This document shows positions 61,620 to 64,000 of a stretch of DNA of 64,000 bases, in pieces. The first letter of the stretch is position 1, and each line of letters begins with the position of its first letter. Below the pieces are notes generated by a model, which was given only the letters and a program-made list of their open reading frames with translations, ran no database searches and was not told the origin of the DNA. The translations under genes and the position numbers were made by a program. The stretch lies in assembly GCF_002105155.1 (NCBI RefSeq), contig NW_019028982.1:1178001-1242000 (forward strand), given 5' to 3'. This DNA comes from Lobosporangium transversale (lineage: Eukaryota).

Positions 61620-63348
61620 CATATGCCCCGATTAGCTCGTATGCCATGGGTGTAGGCTTGGATTGACAGCAATCAGAGACCTTACTCCTAAATACCCACC
61701 TCTCTATGATCCGTATAATTTTCAGAATCAAGCTGAGTGTGAACGCGCGTAAAATCCTCTTGAGCTGCTGTTGAGGGGGATTCCCCTGCGTCCTGTGGGA
61801 CGGCCTCGACAATATCTAAGAGCTGATCGTCATAGCCCCATGCATCATCTTCAGACTCGTGAACTTGATGAATATGCGGATAATCGTCAGAATTAGCGAT
61901 TGTAGCAGCTTCCGGGAGATCACTGGATATTGTAGCAGAATTTTCCTCTATAACTAGTTGTTGGTCAAACCCCCATAAGGAGTTTGTCTGTTCTGTTGAA
62001 AGTGCTTCATCTAAGATAATCTGGTCCTCAAATCCCCATGATGCCTCTGTTTCATTTTGCTCTAACTGTGGGACCTGCCTATTTTTCGTTACTTGCTGGT
62101 GTGGCCAAAAGGGTCTTGTTGATTGTGAGTTTTGAGCAGATGAATGTTTAGCCTTATCATCAAAGCCCCAGGATGTATCCATTTCGGCATGCTGATGGAT
62201 CACATTCATATCCATTGTGTCACCAAAGCCCAATGATGCGTTGTCCCTTTGTTGGTGGCCCAATGATGCAAATGTCTCAAAGCCCATGGAGTTTACTATT
62301 TCATTTTAGTAAAGTTGATTATTTTTGGTGAGCATATCGAAACGCAAGTTAATAGAACTCATTTAGAATCATATCTCGATACATGGAACAAACCTGGTGC
62401 TGCAGCATTGATATGTGGTTGAGACATACTCGGACTCTGAGTGAAAGAGGGAACGTTCTGATCCTTATGCCCTACTTCCTCGGCTTCAATATCGCCGTCA
62501 TCTTCGCTACTGTCCTGCTGCATGTCTTGTTGGTCCTGCAACCAAACTTTGTGGACATGCTCGGGTGTCATCTGTCGTTGTGAAACCGAAGTATTTGGGT
62601 CAAGGTAAGCTTTTACCACTTTCGAGTGTAAGATTGGGCTTTGCCGCATTCGCTCACGCAGTTTTGGTGCTACTCCACGCGATGGGGTTTGACTTTGTTC
62701 ATGATGGGAAATTGAAGAGGTTGAGGATAAGGAGGATGAAGAATACTGGTAGGATTTCTGGTGCAGTTGCTGAGATTGAAATTGGGTCTGGGAATGAGTA
62801 TATGACTGATGATGTTCAGAGGTTGAGGAACTATTATCGGAGTAAGATTGACTATGGCTATAGGAGCTGATATGATGTAGTTGGTCATGATGAATTTGGC
62901 GTGGTTGTTGCTCCTGGGATTGGTGTTGAATCTCATGTTCAAAGTGGTGACGCGCATCTTTAGCACGATGCTGTTGTTCTTGGTTGTGGTCATGTTCCCC
63001 ATGTCTCAACTGGTATTCTTGCTGCTCTTGATGCTGAACGTCAGCAACGGGGTTGGAACGGGGCATTGGGACACGTTGGTCTGGCTGTTGCTGTTGCTGT
63101 TGCTGTTGTTGTTGTTGTTGTTGTTGCTGTTGCTGTTGCTGTAGTATGCTGTGGCCCTGAGTTGCGGTCAACTTGGGACTCTGGCGTGCCATGATAGGGC
63201 TTCGGATGATTATTGGTTCCCATGGCGTATCATCATCGCCTTCAGAAGCACTTGCAAACTCTTCATTAGAATCAGATGTCTCTCCGTTTTCATGGATTAT
63301 CTGAGGATAATGCTGAAGATGCGAATGTGAATGGCCACTTGATGCCAT
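54931..63348 (-). CDS. Large intrinsically disordered protein with ~20 Trp motifs in acidic context, ~2705 aa
   Basis: Exons 63348..62394, 62295..61700, 61583..60933, 60846..54931 (8118 nt, in frame, GT-AG introns). PolyQ/His-rich N-terminus; repeated (D/E)AWG(F/Y/W)D-type motifs; no globular domain recognised. Confidence 0.8.
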
Positions 63349-64000
63349 GATGCCAGATGGCTTTTTTGTCTTGTACTTTCTTTCTTTTTTTCTTTTTCTT
63401 TTTTTTTTACGTGTGAGGACGCGTTGTACGTAACGGAAGGAACAAAGGTTGGTAAAGAAAAGAAAAAAGAGACCTCTTTGGGAATGTCAACAGTGACAAG
63501 TTAGATTAAGGAGAGGTAGGGCTATGATGACAGTTGAAAGCCTATTAGGAATGAAGGCCATGATCATCAATCATTCCCTCACTCCTTACCGTTGCTCTTC
63601 ACGTGACATGTAATATAAGCCCAACCCAAATATCGAAGCTGCGACGATCCTTTCACTCTTACAATGGATAAGGTAAAAAAAAAAAAAAAAGCCTTTGCTT
63701 ATTTGCTTATTTGCTTATTGTTAAGCTTTCTCTTCTCTTGGACGGATAACATGGTATAAATATTTATACTGAATTGGTGTACAACTCTGTCTTTCGACAC
63801 CATGGAAAGAGCGAACAGTTGATTCTGTGGTCAAAGCGGAAAGGCGTTGCAATGATTGGACAATTCGCAGGTCTGCTGGCATTCACCCAGCTTGGAACGT
63901 GCATTTTGTTGGGTGGGAATAAACTTGATATTAACCATTCATCTCTTTTACTCTCTGGGAGAAAAAGAAAAAAATAAAAACTCAGCTAAACAAGCTTGTT

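Overview
Intron-rich eukaryotic genomic DNA, most likely from an early-diverging fungus (Mortierellaceae-like; inferred from gene content, an intronless F-box/LRR gene and retention of CstF-50). Exon models were built by hand from splice sites and reading-frame continuity; no searches were run. Contents in order: the 3' part of a large abpF-like gene, an orphan membrane-protein gene, a decayed CWH43 pseudogene, a ~2720-aa chimeric receptor, CHO2, CSTF1, an intact and apparently very young Ty3/gypsy LTR retrotransposon, a small MITE, an F-box/LRR gene, PHO81, SEC14, eIF4B, AIR2/ZCCHC7, and a ~2700-aa disordered protein with repeated acidic Trp motifs. Three observations stand out. (1) The receptor has the layout of an animal receptor guanylyl cyclase (binding-protein ectodomain, TM, pseudokinase, signalling helix), but its output is a hybrid histidine kinase and its sensor resembles bacterial sugar-binding proteins. 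(2) Each LTR carries a perfect 51-bp direct repeat whose ends coincide with the donor and acceptor of a 100-nt intron, suggesting an intron that is spliced out and then rebuilt during reverse transcription. (3) The same element carries an antisense ORF with a putative NLS and sits 152 bp upstream of CSTF1.
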